64,000 nucleotides of DNA from the human T2T-CHM13v2.0 reference genome, Homo sapiens. Positions 1 through 16,015 of this stretch are shown in pieces (within the stretch, counting starts at the first letter, position 1; each line of letters opens with the position of its first letter). The notes beneath the pieces were generated by a model that worked only from the letters and a program-made list of their open reading frames with translations, was not told the origin of the DNA and ran no database searches. Made by a program: the position numbers and the translations under genes. The stretch lies in the NCBI RefSeq assembly GCF_009914755.1, contig NC_060926.1; one strand, written 5' to 3'.

Positions 1-9
1 ATGGGTGTA

Positions 10-372
10 ATCCTGTTTGAAGTGGTCACATTTGGGGTTTTTATGTACTTGCTCCTATTACTGGTGAAACTTCTGTGAATGGGCTTCAGATCATGAACAG
101 CCTCAGTGGTGGCAGAGTCTCATGATTTCAAGTTACCTTATAGTTGAGAAATAGCCCCGCAGGGTAGGTGATGGCGTACTCCCCACTTGCCATTCTATCT
201 GGAACCCGGAAGGTGGTCAATCCATATTCACTGAAATGAACCAAGAAATGAGACTGTGGCTATAAGGTTGAGGATGTTCATTTGCTTGTGAAGCTTCTAA
301 ACAAGATCTTCCAAACAGTTAAGAGAACACTTGGATATCTTTATGATGGTGTGTTTGCTTTGAAAAATAAAC
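10..372. mobile_element. MARNA-like ancient Tc1/mariner fragment
   Basis: Degenerate similarity to recalled MARNA blocks (ttgaagtggtcacatttgggg; cctcagtggtggc; ctttgaaaaataaac). Highly diverged. Confidence 0.4.
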
Positions 373-454
373 ATGAAAGAGAACCATTATGTTATAGCTC
401 CGCTTTCTAGTGAGTACCCCGTCAAGGCATCATATCCCTCTGTGTAGCAATGGA

Positions 455-590
455 AAGGCATTTAACCCAATGATTGAACCTCTCTGTGCCTCAGTTTCCT
501 CATCTCTAAAATAATAATAGAACCTAGCTCATATAACTGTTAAGGGGGATCAAAGGAGGTAAAATGTTGTGACAAAAGTTGCATAACACA
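455..590 (+). mobile_element. MIR SINE core
   Basis: MIR core aacctctctgtgcctcagtttcctcatctctaaaa. Confidence 0.75.
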
Positions 591-902
591 GTGGAGTGTA
601 TTTCATTCATTCCCAAGTCTGAACTTATGTGTAGAATAATGCCACAATCTATGGCCCTGTGTCCTGAAATGCCCTTCCTCCAGGCCCTTTTGGAGCAAGA
701 GCTCCAAGGGGCTGTTCCCTCAGATAATAACCTAGGTGATTGGAAACCTTGACTAGGGAGCACAGACCTGGAGGTCGGTTCCAGTGTGGGACAGTTGGTC
801 ATATTTCCCACTCACCCTCTGCCATGCAAAGTGGGTGAGGCAGTGGCTCTGGCCAGTTCATTGGCAGGTGGCAAAACCTTGTCTAGTCTTTGGCATTGGG
901 CA

Positions 903-935
903 TGTGATACCATCGATGGCCAGTAGGTGGCACAA
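903..935 (+). promoter_or_regulatory. Candidate CTCF binding site (core plus upstream ZF9-11 module)
   Basis: TGG-CCAGTAGGTGGCAC (core 920-933) fits CCASYAGRKGGCRS exactly. TGTGATACC at 903-911 lies 5 bp upstream. Confidence 0.65.
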
Positions 936-1867
936 GTTGTCCATCACTGCCGCCAGCTTTGCTCCATTGGGTGCTTTCTCAGAAGGGGAAGATCTATTTC
1001 TAATCCAGTCCTGGCTTTATGGCAATGCTTAATCACATGGAAGGGAACATGCAATAACTACTGGTATTTCTGTAAACATGCATGCTAAGAATCAGCTGCC
1101 ATTTGGAAATGAGGATGGAGGGAACACTCAGTGAGAGGTCTCCTGAGGACAATCTAAAAAAGGAAAACCTTGAGGGTTTTAAAATTTTAGAGCCAGTTAA
1201 CCTTTGTGACTCATGGAGAGAAACGTTTAGAACCCAGAAGGACAATGAGAATACATCCTGTGGATTGTAACCTGGTCCAAGGTCCACCTTGCCCTCTCCA
1301 CCTTCCTTCAGCTGTGAAGTTTAGGAAGGAGAGACAAGATCCCCTTGCATGGAGTCAGCTTACCCACTTCATGACCCCCAGCAGGGCCGGGCTGCACCTT
1401 CTGGGCTGTTTGCTTAATTTTTTATTCTTTTGTCCTGGCAAGTTGCCTGCTTCTTGGGTTTGTCGTTTCCCTGGAGGAAAGTTTATTTGAATCTCATTCT
1501 ACCCTTAATAAAATTGGCACCAGATAAATACGAAGCGGATGAAGAGACACATTGCAGCAAAACAAAAAGTGGAACGTGGTCAACAACAGGGCGATGAGGA
1601 CTTTAATACATGTGTACACTTTCTAAATAAAAAATTTTCATTGTAGTAAAATACACATAACATAAAATTTACCATCTTAGCCATTTCTAAGTGTACAGTT
1701 CGGTAGTGTCAAGTACGTTCACACTGTTGGGCAGCTAATCTCCAGGACTCTTCATCTTGTAAAACAGAAACTCTCTACCCATTACACAACAGCTCCCTGT
1801 TCTTCTCTCCCCCAACCCCTAACAGCCACCATTCTACTTCCTGTCTCTATGAACTTGATTACTCTAG

Positions 1868-2484
1868 TGTCAAAGAAAAGAATCAAACTCTGTAAGATAT
1901 TTGAAGAGATTTATTCTGAGCCAAATATGAGTGACTGTGGCCCCCGACACAGCCCTCAGGAGGTCCTGAGAACATGTGCCCAAGGTGGTCGGGGCGCAGC
2001 TTGGTTTTATACATTTTAGAGAGGCATGAGACATCAATCAAATACATTTAAGAAATACAGTGGTTTGGTTCAGAAAGGTGGGACAACTCAAAACTGGGTC
2101 GGGGGGACTTCCAGCTTATAGGTAGGTTAAAAAATATTCTGGTTTACAATTGGCTGAGTTTATCTAAAGACCCGGGACCAACGGAAAGAAATGTCTGGGT
2201 TAAGATAAAGGATTATGGAGACCCAAGTTTTTATTTTGCAGAGAAAGCCTTCAAGTGGTAGGCTTCAGAGGGAACAGGTTTTAAAATGTTTCTTATCAGA
2301 CTTAAAGTCTGTGTTGATGTCAGTGCTGGAGAGGTATCATGAGGCATGTCTGACCCCTGCTTTCCATCATGGCCTGAAACAGTCTCTCAGGTTAAATTTT
2401 AAAAGAGCCCTGGCTGAGAAGGAAGCCCTTTCAGATGGTTGCAGGGGCATGGGGGGATGCTTAGAATTTTATTTTTGGTTTACT
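1868..2484 (-). mobile_element. ERV1 solo LTR, MER4 family
   Basis: The reverse complement starts (a)GTAAACCAAAAATAAAATTCTAAG, as in MER4. 4-bp TSD CTAG at 1864-1867 and 2485-2488. Confidence 0.8.
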
Positions 2485-2628
2485 CTAGGTACCTCATATA
2501 AGTGGAATCACACTATTTTGTCTTTTAGTGACTGGGATATTTCAGCATAATGTCCACAAAGTTCATCCATGTTGTAGCATGTGTCAGAATTTCCTTCCTG
2601 TTTAAGCTGAATAATATTCTATTGCATG

Positions 2629-3493
<865 letters not shown>

Positions 3494-3953
3494 GTATGTA
3501 CATACCACATTTTGTTTATCCACCCGTTCACCAACAGACACTCAGGCTGCTGCCTTCTGGCCATTGTGCATAACACTGCCATGAACATGGTGTAAAATGC
3601 CTCTTCAAGACCCTGCTTCCAACTCCTTTGGGTATATGCCCAGAAGTTGAATTGCTTGTTCATGCAGAATTTATTTTTAATTTTTTTTGTGTGGAACAGC
3701 CATACTATTTTCCATGGTGGTTGCATCATTTTACATGTCCATCAACAGTGCACAAGGGTTCCCATTTGTCCACATCCTTGCCAACATTTGTTATTTTCTG
3801 TTTTTCTTTTTTCTTGATGGTAGCCATCCTAATGAGTGTGAGATGGTGTGTGGACACTTCAAGTTTGCTCTTTCTAGGGCTTTTTCTGGAGTGGGCAAGG
3901 CTCCCTGATCCCTTCCTCTGAAAGTGGTGTTACTGTAAAGGTGGCATTTTCCT

Positions 3954-4140
<187 letters not shown>

Positions 4141-4849
4141 CAGACATTTCCCCTTCTGCCCTCCCCTCAGAGCTCTGCCTAGAGAGCCTGCTGAGTGTGG
4201 GTACTTCTGGGTTGGTGTCTCCACCCTAGGAACCCACTTGAGAGTGACTTTATTTGGAACAATCTTCAGTCACAGGAATCTTCTGGGAAGTCACCAGACC
4301 ATTGCTTTGAAGAGTACACAGCCTCAGACCCTCTGGGGACAGGAGCAAGGCAGGCTGATTTATTAACCACGCTGCGTCACCCTTTTGCCCTAGAGGTTAG
4401 ATGGTCCCAGGAGCCCCCCTCGCCAAGACACTCCTCAGAGTGGGGGTAGGAGGGTGGGAAGTTCTAGATCCTCAGTCTGGCCTTCAAATATTCCATTACA
4501 TTGCCGGGGACATGGCGCACCCACATTTATCCAAAGGACAGGGGTCTCCAGAAATGTCTGCCCGCAATATCCTTTGGTTACCTCCAAAACATTCTCTTGA
4601 AGTTGTTTAACTGCCATACATTGTTGTGGGCCGGCCTTTTATTCCCAGATTCACTTATTTAAAAAAAAAAAAAAACTCTCGAGCATCTCTGAAGAGAGAG
4701 GTTATATGGCAGATGCAAGTCAGCAGAAGGCAGAGAGCTGAGAATGGTGGGGAGAGAGACACAGGGCTCACGGTGTGACAAGCTTCTTGGTGAGTGGTCA
4801 AGTGCGTAATGGCCAGGTAGGCGGCTGGTGGGATGTGCTCAGGCAGACC

Positions 4850-5030
4850 AGCGTCTGAGTCCCAGGCTGGTCACTAATTTGCTCTGCGTCCTTGGGCAAG
4901 CTCCTTCCTTTCTCTGTGCCTCAGCTTCCTCATATACTAAATGAGGGTAGTGAGAGCTAGCTCAGAGCTGTTGGGAGGTTTAAATGAGTGGATGATGTAA
5001 ATACAAGTGTCAGGAATAGTGTAGGTGCTC
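4850..5030 (+). mobile_element. MIR SINE
   Basis: ccttgggcaag...ctctgtgcctcagcttcctcat core. Confidence 0.75.
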
Positions 5031-5046
5031 TTTAGTGTTCACCCAC

Positions 5047-5436
5047 TGCTGTGGTTTGAGTGTGTCCAAAGTTCGTGTGTTGGAAACCTAATTCACAACA
5101 CCAACAGTGTTTGGATGGGGGACCTTCAGGAGGTGATTAGGTCATGAGGGCTCTGCCATCATCAATGGATTAATAGTGTTACCTTAGGAGTGGGTTAATC
5201 ATTGAGGGAGTGGTTTCTTGATTAATGGATAAGTTCAGTCCCCTTTCTCTATTGCTCCCTCCTGCTCTTTTGTCCTTCTACCTTCCCCCATGGGATGACA
5301 CAGCAAGAAAGTCCTTGCCAGATGCAGTCTCCTTGACCTTGGACTTCCCAGCCTTCAGAGCTGTAAGAAATAATTTTTTTTGTTTTCTTTTTAAAATAAA
5401 CCACCTGTATGTGGTATTCTGTTACAGGCTAAGATA
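5047..5436 (+). mobile_element. MaLR solo LTR (MSTC/MSTD-like)
   Basis: tgctgtggtttgagtgtgtcc...gtgattaggtcatgagggctctgcc...ggacttcccagccttcagagctgtaagaaataa...ctaagata. Confidence 0.8.
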
Positions 5437-5826
5437 CTTTCTTTCTCCACTAGCCACTTGCTCAGTACAAGTTGAGAGAAGAGTGTTGTGAAGCCCAAGT
5501 TTAGGCAGAGAGGAGCAGGTTAGGGCAAGTGAGCAGGCAGGGTTTGTCTCTCACCCACCTGCATTTAGCCAACAGCTACCAGTGGCAGCCACTGGGCTGG
5601 TGGACATGTTCCCTGCCACGGAGAGAGGGGAGTGGTCCAGCTGCAAGGCTCTAGTTCTGGGATCTAGTCTTGGTGACGGAGGATCCTGGAACCATCTAAC
5701 CTCTGGGGCAAGAGGGTGACGCCATGTGGTTAATAAATCAGCCTGCCTTGCTCCTGTCCCCAGAGGGTCTGAGGCTGTCTACTCTTCAAAGCAATGGTCT
5801 GGTGACATCCCAGAAGATTCCTGTGA

Positions 5827-6288
<462 letters not shown>

Positions 6289-6489
6289 TAAAAAATCACA
6301 TAATTAACTGAGTATTACAAGCTTTGAGATGTTTGTTGGTTAATAAAGATGAATGGGCTATTTGAGGTAATGGCTTTTAATTAAATGGAAGCTAATAACT
6401 TTGGTAAGTTTGTCCGAGTAGTAATCTTGGCTAACAGTTTGAAGTTTCGTACAATAATCTTGGCTAACAATTTGTAGCTTGCCTTGCAC

Positions 6490-6570
6490 TGATTTCATAG
6501 CATTCATTGTTTACAACACGCAGAACACCCACTTTACAGATGGGAAAACGGAGGCTGAGGCTAAGGGCAC
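6490..6570 (-). mobile_element. MIR fragment
   Basis: cccactttacagatgggaaaacggaggct. Confidence 0.6.
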
Positions 6571-8194
6571 AGGAAGGCTGTGGGGGGATTGCAGTCCACA
6601 GCAGCCCCGGGGGTCTCAAGGGCATATTCCTTTTAATCATGGCTTCCCACACAACATGCATCCCTAATTCTGTTCACCTGACCCCTGACTAAAGCTCAGC
6701 TTTAGGGCAGGAGATTTAAAATACAAACTCATTATATCTGCAGGTGTGGGCTGCAGGGAGGGCTTGGAGATGTAGAATCCTCCTTTGCTGCCATGTAGAG
6801 AGAGGAAAGACTGCATGCAGGCCCAGCTCTGCTACTCACGGCCTATACAACCCTGCACACTTTATCCCAGAGCTTAAATCTTTTCCCTTCTTGCAGCTCT
6901 TCTTCTGTTAAGGGACCTAGAGCAGGACATAATCATCTGTTCTTCTTATGGAGGGGCTAAGGAACAAGAAAAATGGTAAGGAGCAAAAAATGGGGCCAGG
7001 TCATTTGACAAGGAACCCTGGGAAATGCAAAAGTTGTATATTCTTTGCTGAGTTGGAGCATTAGTGACCTTTCTCTCTTTTCTTGTGAATTTACAGGAGT
7101 TGCAAAGGCCCAGCACCTCCCTGTGGCTTTTAAAACCAGGTATGTGGGCAATGCTCAGCAGAGACTGAGGACCATGGCCGGGGTGCCCTGCAGCCCTTTC
7201 ATGCCGGGCAGCTGCAGCCTTTAATTTGGGGGCTATTGTGGTATTGTTGGTATTATTCAGGGTTTGGGCTTCAAGAGAACCTGTGATGATTTCTTTGTTA
7301 TTTCACAGAAATTGGTCTGAACGGTTGGCATGTAATGCGGTGGCACTGGTTCTCCTGTGTTTGCCCAAAACCTTGCCAGGAGAACCAGGCAGTGGACGGG
7401 TGTGTGGTCAGTGTGGTGACCTGCAAACACCACTGTCCACACCTCATGCTCTTGCTCAAGAATTTTCCCAGGCTCCGTGCATGTGTAAATTTGCAAAAAT
7501 AACAAAGCCAACCTTCATTGTTTGTTCTCTAAATAAGAAGAAGCTTCGTGGTTTGTGTTCGAGTGAAACAGCAAGGGAGAATTTTGATCCTGTGGAATCT
7601 GGCCAGACCTTACAGGGTTGAGGGGTCTCTGCACTCACATTTGCCGTGTTCCTGTCCCTCTGCCTCTCACCTTTGAATGCCTCCCTGGGGCAGATGCTCC
7701 CGGCTCCTACTCCTCGGATCCTTTGTGTAATTTCTCACAAATTTCTAGAGCTCACATGGACCTTCCTTTCATAGTCCAGGAACACACAGGGTTGATCCTC
7801 GAGGCCTGTGCCTCTCTCCGGGCACCCGTAACACCCTGCTCCATGTTTGCTTCACCTTGGAGTAATCACCTTGCACTCACCCCATTGTCTTTGGGGGCTT
7901 ATGTTTTGTGGGTGATAGAGTGCATCATCTATGAGGTAAAATCTTTTATGTGTGTTTGCTTATTCCGGGATGCACTGGTGGCCAGGCTGTGCTCATTCTG
8001 GCTCACTGAGGGTGTGTTATCATCCTGCCATGGACCACCCTCTTCTAGAAGGAACAGAACATCAGGGTCTCCCTCCCAGCCCCCTGTTCCAGGTAACCAC
8101 AGCGTACTGCAGGAACAAAGGTGTAGACTGAAAGTAAGTTAAAGGACAGGGCTGAGGCCTATAGACTGATTTTTCGGAGTAAGGAGGTGGGCCC

Positions 8195-9100
<906 letters not shown>

Positions 9101-11622
9101 CAAAATCAACACTTTTAGCCTAGAGCATATAACTGGCCTTCCTGAAATCCATGGATATCTATCTGTGCAATGGTTTTAGAGACATTTTATTGCCTCCCAC
9201 ATGTAATTAAGTTACTTGGCTTTTAGGCAAAAGATGATACCATGTCTATGGATGAGATGACTCTAGTTTTGAACTCTGGGTTTTGCAGAAGAGTTTGCAT
9301 TATCCTCCTCCTGAGGAAAGCAGATACATCCGCCACGATGCATGTGAGTCAGGTCTTCTGCGTGTCCTCTGAATCAGGTTCGCATGTGTGCCTCTAATGG
9401 CAGTTTCGAGTTCATCCTGTGTTGAGATAATGCCTGAAGGCGAGAGGAAAAAATATCTGTGGTTGTCAAATCGGGTGGAAAGTGATTAATCATGGAGACA
9501 TTTACGGCATGCTGAACTGTTTCGTTTCCTGACCTTTGTCCCACGTGCGTTAGGGGCAGGCGGGGTCAAGTTTAAATCCAAGATGACAAGTGTCTGAGGC
9601 TAAGGAAGGTTTCTGCTGAATACTTGGCTTAGAGTCAATGGCTCCATGTTTCACACCTGGTGAAAACCGACTCGCAATTGAAAGAAACAGCATGGGAGTG
9701 TCAAACACTTGCTGACTTGGCCTTGGGCTAGAGCTTCTTGCGAGGGTTTTAGAACTGACACACCCTTTGGATGTGCTGGGGGCATCTGGTTTTTGGTGCC
9801 TGAGTCACAAATCCTGGAATACATTTGCCCACAGTGTTTCCATACCATTGGAAGTGCATTATGGCTGCTTCTCTTAGAGTCCTTTAACCTCTTCCTCAAG
9901 AGCCAGCTTTGTCAACTTGATGTATCTCATGGCAGGCATGGACTCATGCCTGTGTGTCCCATTGTATCCCCAGATCATGGGATTTGTGGGATTCAGCCAG
10001 TGTCATTTACTAATCACTAGGTCCAGGGCCAAGTTTAGGTGAGGTTCACTCCATCTAAGCTGTGTTTTGGGGGAGGGAGGGTCTCTATTTTTTCATTTAG
10101 AGAAGTGACTAGACACTAGAAAATGTCACAGAGTAAACGTATGGACTACAGCTTGTTTTCTGAAAAGGTTTAGGGATCCCGTGTTAGTATTGAAAGACCC
10201 TTTGAGGCCTCATCCCCTCCACCCAGTGGGCACACAGGCCTCTGACCTTCAGCGCCAAGTCTCCCTTGAGGTCAGCTTCTCTTCATCTTTCACTTCTTTT
10301 CTCTTCCTTTCACCCCTGCTGGTTGCAGCGACAAGGTCCCTGCCAACTGCGGTGTGCACACTGGCGGGCCTTCACCTCCCTTAAAATCCAGCTCTCGAAA
10401 TGTCTGCAAGGGAGCAGCCTGCAATATTACCTAATTTGTCTTTAATCTGGTATTCCTAGAATAATCCAGAGAATAGAGTGGCCTACTGTACACACTGGAT
10501 TACTCAATAAAGAACATGATGGGAAACGGCAGTATTTTTCTGTTTTAAAATAAGTAGGTTTGGAGGGAGCTGGGAAACTGCGGGCTTTAGTTACAAAATG
10601 ACTATAATTGTGGGAGACGTATTTTCTTTGAATGTTGAAACACATTGGACAGGATATACAATTTAGAAATAATTTACAGTTAGAGAAAGGCCCTTTCATC
10701 TGAGAGGGGGCACATCTTCTGATTGGAAAGGATGGTCCCAGGGGATGAGGGATCGGGCCCCAGGTGAGCTTCATCTTTTTCTCTTCCAACTTCAGTGTGG
10801 CCAAACAGAGCGGAAAGTCATCACGTAGAAGGACAAAGTCTGTGTTTTTTTGTTTTTGTTTTTGTTTTCTCTCATGAGAGAAGCAGGCAAGTGCTGCCTG
10901 AGAAGGTGAAGGCTCACCTGTGGCAGGCTTGCTTCAAGCTGGCTGCAGACTGAAGGCCACCCAGAGGCTTTGGTCACCAAGGGTGGCATGATGGGTGGCC
11001 TTCTCCTTGCTCATGCAGCTCTCACCAGCAAATTTCTACTGAATGCCCACTCTGTGCAGGGTACTGTGCCAAGCACGAGGGATGCCAGGACCCGGAAGAA
11101 AGAACTCTGTTAGAGAACCACAGCTGATAGCTGCCAGTCAGCAGTAAAGGTTCAAAGCTTGGCCTGGCCAAGGAGCTATCACGGAGGGCTCTGTGGACCA
11201 GGGTCTTGTAGTGGGAGTGTGTCAGCAGAGTGGAGGGGTTGGAGGAGTGAGCCCAGGTATGCAGGGGTATGGATGGGCCGAGAGCCTTGGGCCTGGCCTG
11301 GCTGAAGGCTGTCCTGTTGAGGCACTGGCAAGTGGGCTTGGGAGGCAGACGGATGACCAGACACGGCCCCACAGAGATCAGCCCAAAGCGCTTGGACCCA
11401 GGGCATCTGGGATGGTTCTTGAGGTGAGCGCATGAAGCCTTGTTTTAGACACATACACTAGAGGACTCCAGCCTCCCTGCAAGCCCTCCTCCTCTCTCTC
11501 TCCTCACTGTTGAGGCGAGTGCTGTGTCTGCCTTAGATTCCTTCTGCAGGCTTCTGTCTGCCTGCCAGCAGATGCCTCTATGTCTGTCAGCCCTCAGAAT
11601 GTCAGGCACATGCACTACCCAC

Positions 11623-11649
11623 TGTGTGTGTGGGGTGTGTGTGTGTGTG
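11623..11649. repeat. Short (TG)n
   Basis: tgtgtgtgtggggtgtgtgtgtgtgtg. Confidence 0.8.
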
Positions 11650-11749
11650 AACATGTCAGATACCCACACAGGCTCTCCACTGTTCAGTGTGTCTCCAGTC
11701 TGGGACCTGGGGGTGGAAATAGTCACCGTCTACATCCATCTTCTTCTGC

Positions 11750-12685
11750 TTCTCTCTTAGGCATTTCCAATTCAACATACACCAGCCTGAACTCTTTATC
11801 CACATCCCTTTCCAGCATGCTCTTCCTCCAGCCCCTACTGACCCCATCACAGGAAAAAGCCATTCTGTTCTTCCAGTTACTCAGGGCGACAGCCTCGGAG
11901 TCATCATCGATGTCTTTTTCCTCTCACACCTGACACCTGACCTGTGGCCATCCTGTTGACTCTCCCCTTGAAATACATCCAGAATCCAGCCCCTTGTCCC
12001 CACTCCAGCACTCACAGTCACATTGCACCTGGTCTGGACCCCAGCAAGTGCTGCCCTGTGGGACTCCCTGCTTCTCCCCTTGCTCCACACTGTCTATTCT
12101 CTGTAGCCTTTAAGAACAACTCAGGTCATTTCACTGTCCTGCTCAAAACCATCAAATCGTTTCCCGTTTCCTTCAGAATGACATTCACAGTCCTTTCCGT
12201 CACAGCTCTGCGTGGCCTGTGGTGCCTCTGTATCCTCATCTCTGACTTAGTTTACTCCACCCCATTCTCCTCCTTCACCAGACTCCCAGGCACTCCTTCA
12301 CGAGCAGCATGCACCTGCCCCAGAGCCTTGGCACCAGCTGCTTTCCCTACCCAGAACACTCTCCTTCCCACATCTTCACAGCCAGCTGTTTCATTCCCTC
12401 CAAGTCCCTTATCAGAGAGGCTTTTTCAGTCACTTTGAGTAAAACAGAAACCTACCTTTTCATCATTCTTGACCCCTTAACTAAACTTGCTTGAGTTTTT
12501 GTTGTTGTTGTTTGCTCGTTTTTTACTTATTACCACTTGACATCACTTTTGTGGGAATCCCCTTGCTTTTATGGAAATATGTAAGAGTAAAGAACTTCAT
12601 CTTATTTTCCGATTATCCCCAGGTCCTAGAACAGTGCTGGCATTTGGAAGCTGTTCAGTATTTGCTGAATAAATGAAATGAATTA
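11750..12685 (+). mobile_element. L2 LINE 3' region
   Basis: ggcatttccaattcaacatacaccagcctgaactc..., ending in the L2 tail tatttgctgaataaatgaaatgaat. Confidence 0.75.
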
Positions 12686-13444
12686 TGCTGTGATTCACTG
12701 TGTGTTTGGAGGTGTTTGGAGGGACTGGCATGGGAGGATTGGATTCTACGGTGGTAATAGTGACATGGCATGATGAAGGCATGGAGTAGAGGGGCGGCCA
12801 CAGAAATGCAAAGGAAGGATGACTGAGGGAGAGGCCTCTAGCTCGGTTGTTGCAGGACAGGGATGCTTGACTGGCAGTGCCTTGGATGACTCGTTATAAG
12901 AGCTGTACTCCAGACTCAGGATATGCTTTAACCATAGGTTTTCAGATTTCTCCTGGGGTCCAGTCAACTCCCATGCCAGTCCCTTGTTCCATGATCCCAG
13001 GCCCTGCTCCAATTCCTTAACTCTTATTCTGTAACCGTAACCCAAATGGCTAAGCCTGAGGTTGCAGGCTGACCTTTAGAGAAAAAGTTGAACTTTCTCT
13101 TTAAAGCTAAGTGGGAAAAAAACAATGACGGATAAAATGTAAAGATGTACAAAGGTACCAGTTTGTACCTGGGTGTTTGAATTTCTTTACATTTTGCTGT
13201 CAGTTGTACATGGCCATTTGAAATGAGTAATTTAATATTCTGCTGATTTTTAAATACATAGATCATTTTCATGGCACTACATAGTAAATCTGTGCTTTGC
13301 TTGTCTGCTATCTGTGTGTTTAGGTTCACACCAGTTCTGGTCGTGAAGCTATAGCTCAGGCATTATCATGGACTTCCTAGAAGCTGCCTTGCCAGCAAGG
13401 AGCCTAAGAGGTGTTCAGAAAAATTATCCAAAACTTGGAAATAA

Positions 13445-14500
<1,056 letters not shown>

Positions 14501-15726
14501 TAACCAGTTTTGTATGTAACTTAGCAAACTTTTTTCAGCATTCTTTCTGACATACGATACATCTGTGTTCCTCAAATGCTTTGAGAATCAGCTTTTCCAT
14601 CCTATGGGTTCCCTCAGTAATGAGTTAAAGAATTGTGCTTGCTACCTGTATGAGGGTATGAGAGCCAAGTTCCTAATATTTTGAAAATGATGTTTTGATG
14701 GAGGAGATAAAAAGTCTCCTGTGTTAGCTATATAAACCCAAACCTACAAAATGATGTCAAGTACCATAGAATGTATACAAAAGACATAACCTACTCCTCC
14801 CACCAATTTCTATTTTATTAGCATGCATTTCTCAGGAAAGACTGTTCAAAAGGTAAGGAGAGAATACCATTCTACCATTCTGCCAATTCAAGTTAGACCA
14901 GCTATTTCTCTTTGCTTATTCACTTCCTGTTTTCTCTTAATAAATTTATTTAAAGACAATTTATTAGAGAAAAAGTTGTCTTACAAATGCGAATTGTAAG
15001 TTGTCTTACTGATGTGATCCAGCAATCCGTCCTGGCCGGCACCCTGCCAGGTCTGTAATTAAGACTGGGGGTTTGCTCTGCAAGGACACATTCTCCACCT
15101 TTGTCTGGGGGGCTCTGTACTCAGTCTTGCGGTTTGTCTGTGGAGCTGAGGTGCTGGTTGGGAATCAGGAGACGTCAGTTCCGGTCTCAGCAAAGCTGCT
15201 GCGAGGTGCGGGGCAGAGGCCTGGTTTACCTGGTATACCACATGCCCTTGACTTCCCTGTGGTAGGTGCCCCTGATTCCGCTCCAGCTCTTGCTTTGCAT
15301 GTAATTTACACTGAGGTTGCAAACAACTGCTTATTCCTGTGGGACTTAGTTTTTTCCTTAGGGCCAATCTGAAAAACTTACCTCCTTAGTTACATCCTAC
15401 GGATTTGCAGACAAATAGGGGAAAGAAATGGAAGAAATAAGGGAAAATGTTATCCAAAGTTGGAAATAATAGAAGATTACTCTATGTGCTTTCGATGTCA
15501 TACTAGAAGAAGCCGCTTTAAGTAGCACCATTATTCTGAATGGAGAAATCTGTGGTTGCTTTAGTCATGGAGACTACATCACAACTAGGGTTTTCCTTTT
15601 ATTTTTGAGATGTGTGTGATGGGGGAGGATAGGGGTACAGCATTCTAGAAATGGCCTCATTTTGCATTTCCTTAGGTCCAAAGTTAAAATAACTTTCTGT
15701 TCTAAGAAGCTTTAAAAGTGGTTCAT

Positions 15727-16015
15727 GGACCAGGCACGGTGGCTCACGCCTGTAATCCCAGCACTTTGGGAGGCTGAGGTGGGCGTATCACCTGAGGTCC
15801 AGAGATTGAGACCATCCTGGCCAACATGGTGAAACCCCATCTCTACTAAAAATACAAAAAAATTTGCTGGGCATGGTGGCGTGTGCCTGTAGTCCCTGCT
15901 ACTTGGGAGGCTGAGGCAGGAGAATTGTTTCAACCCAGGAGGCAGAGGTTGTAGTGAGCCAAGATCCTGCCACTTCACTCCAGCCTGGTGACAGAACTAG
16001 ACTCAGTCTCAAAAT
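15727..16015 (+). mobile_element. AluS (Sc-like diagnostics)
   Basis: agagattgagaccatcctggccaacatgg and cagcctggtgacag. TSD aaagtggttcat at 15715-15726 and 16016-16027. Confidence 0.9.

Noticed and set aside
14976-15010. CTTACAA-n7-TTGTAAG mini-hairpin and agttgtcttac direct repeat
   Set aside because: Too short to exceed chance expectation.
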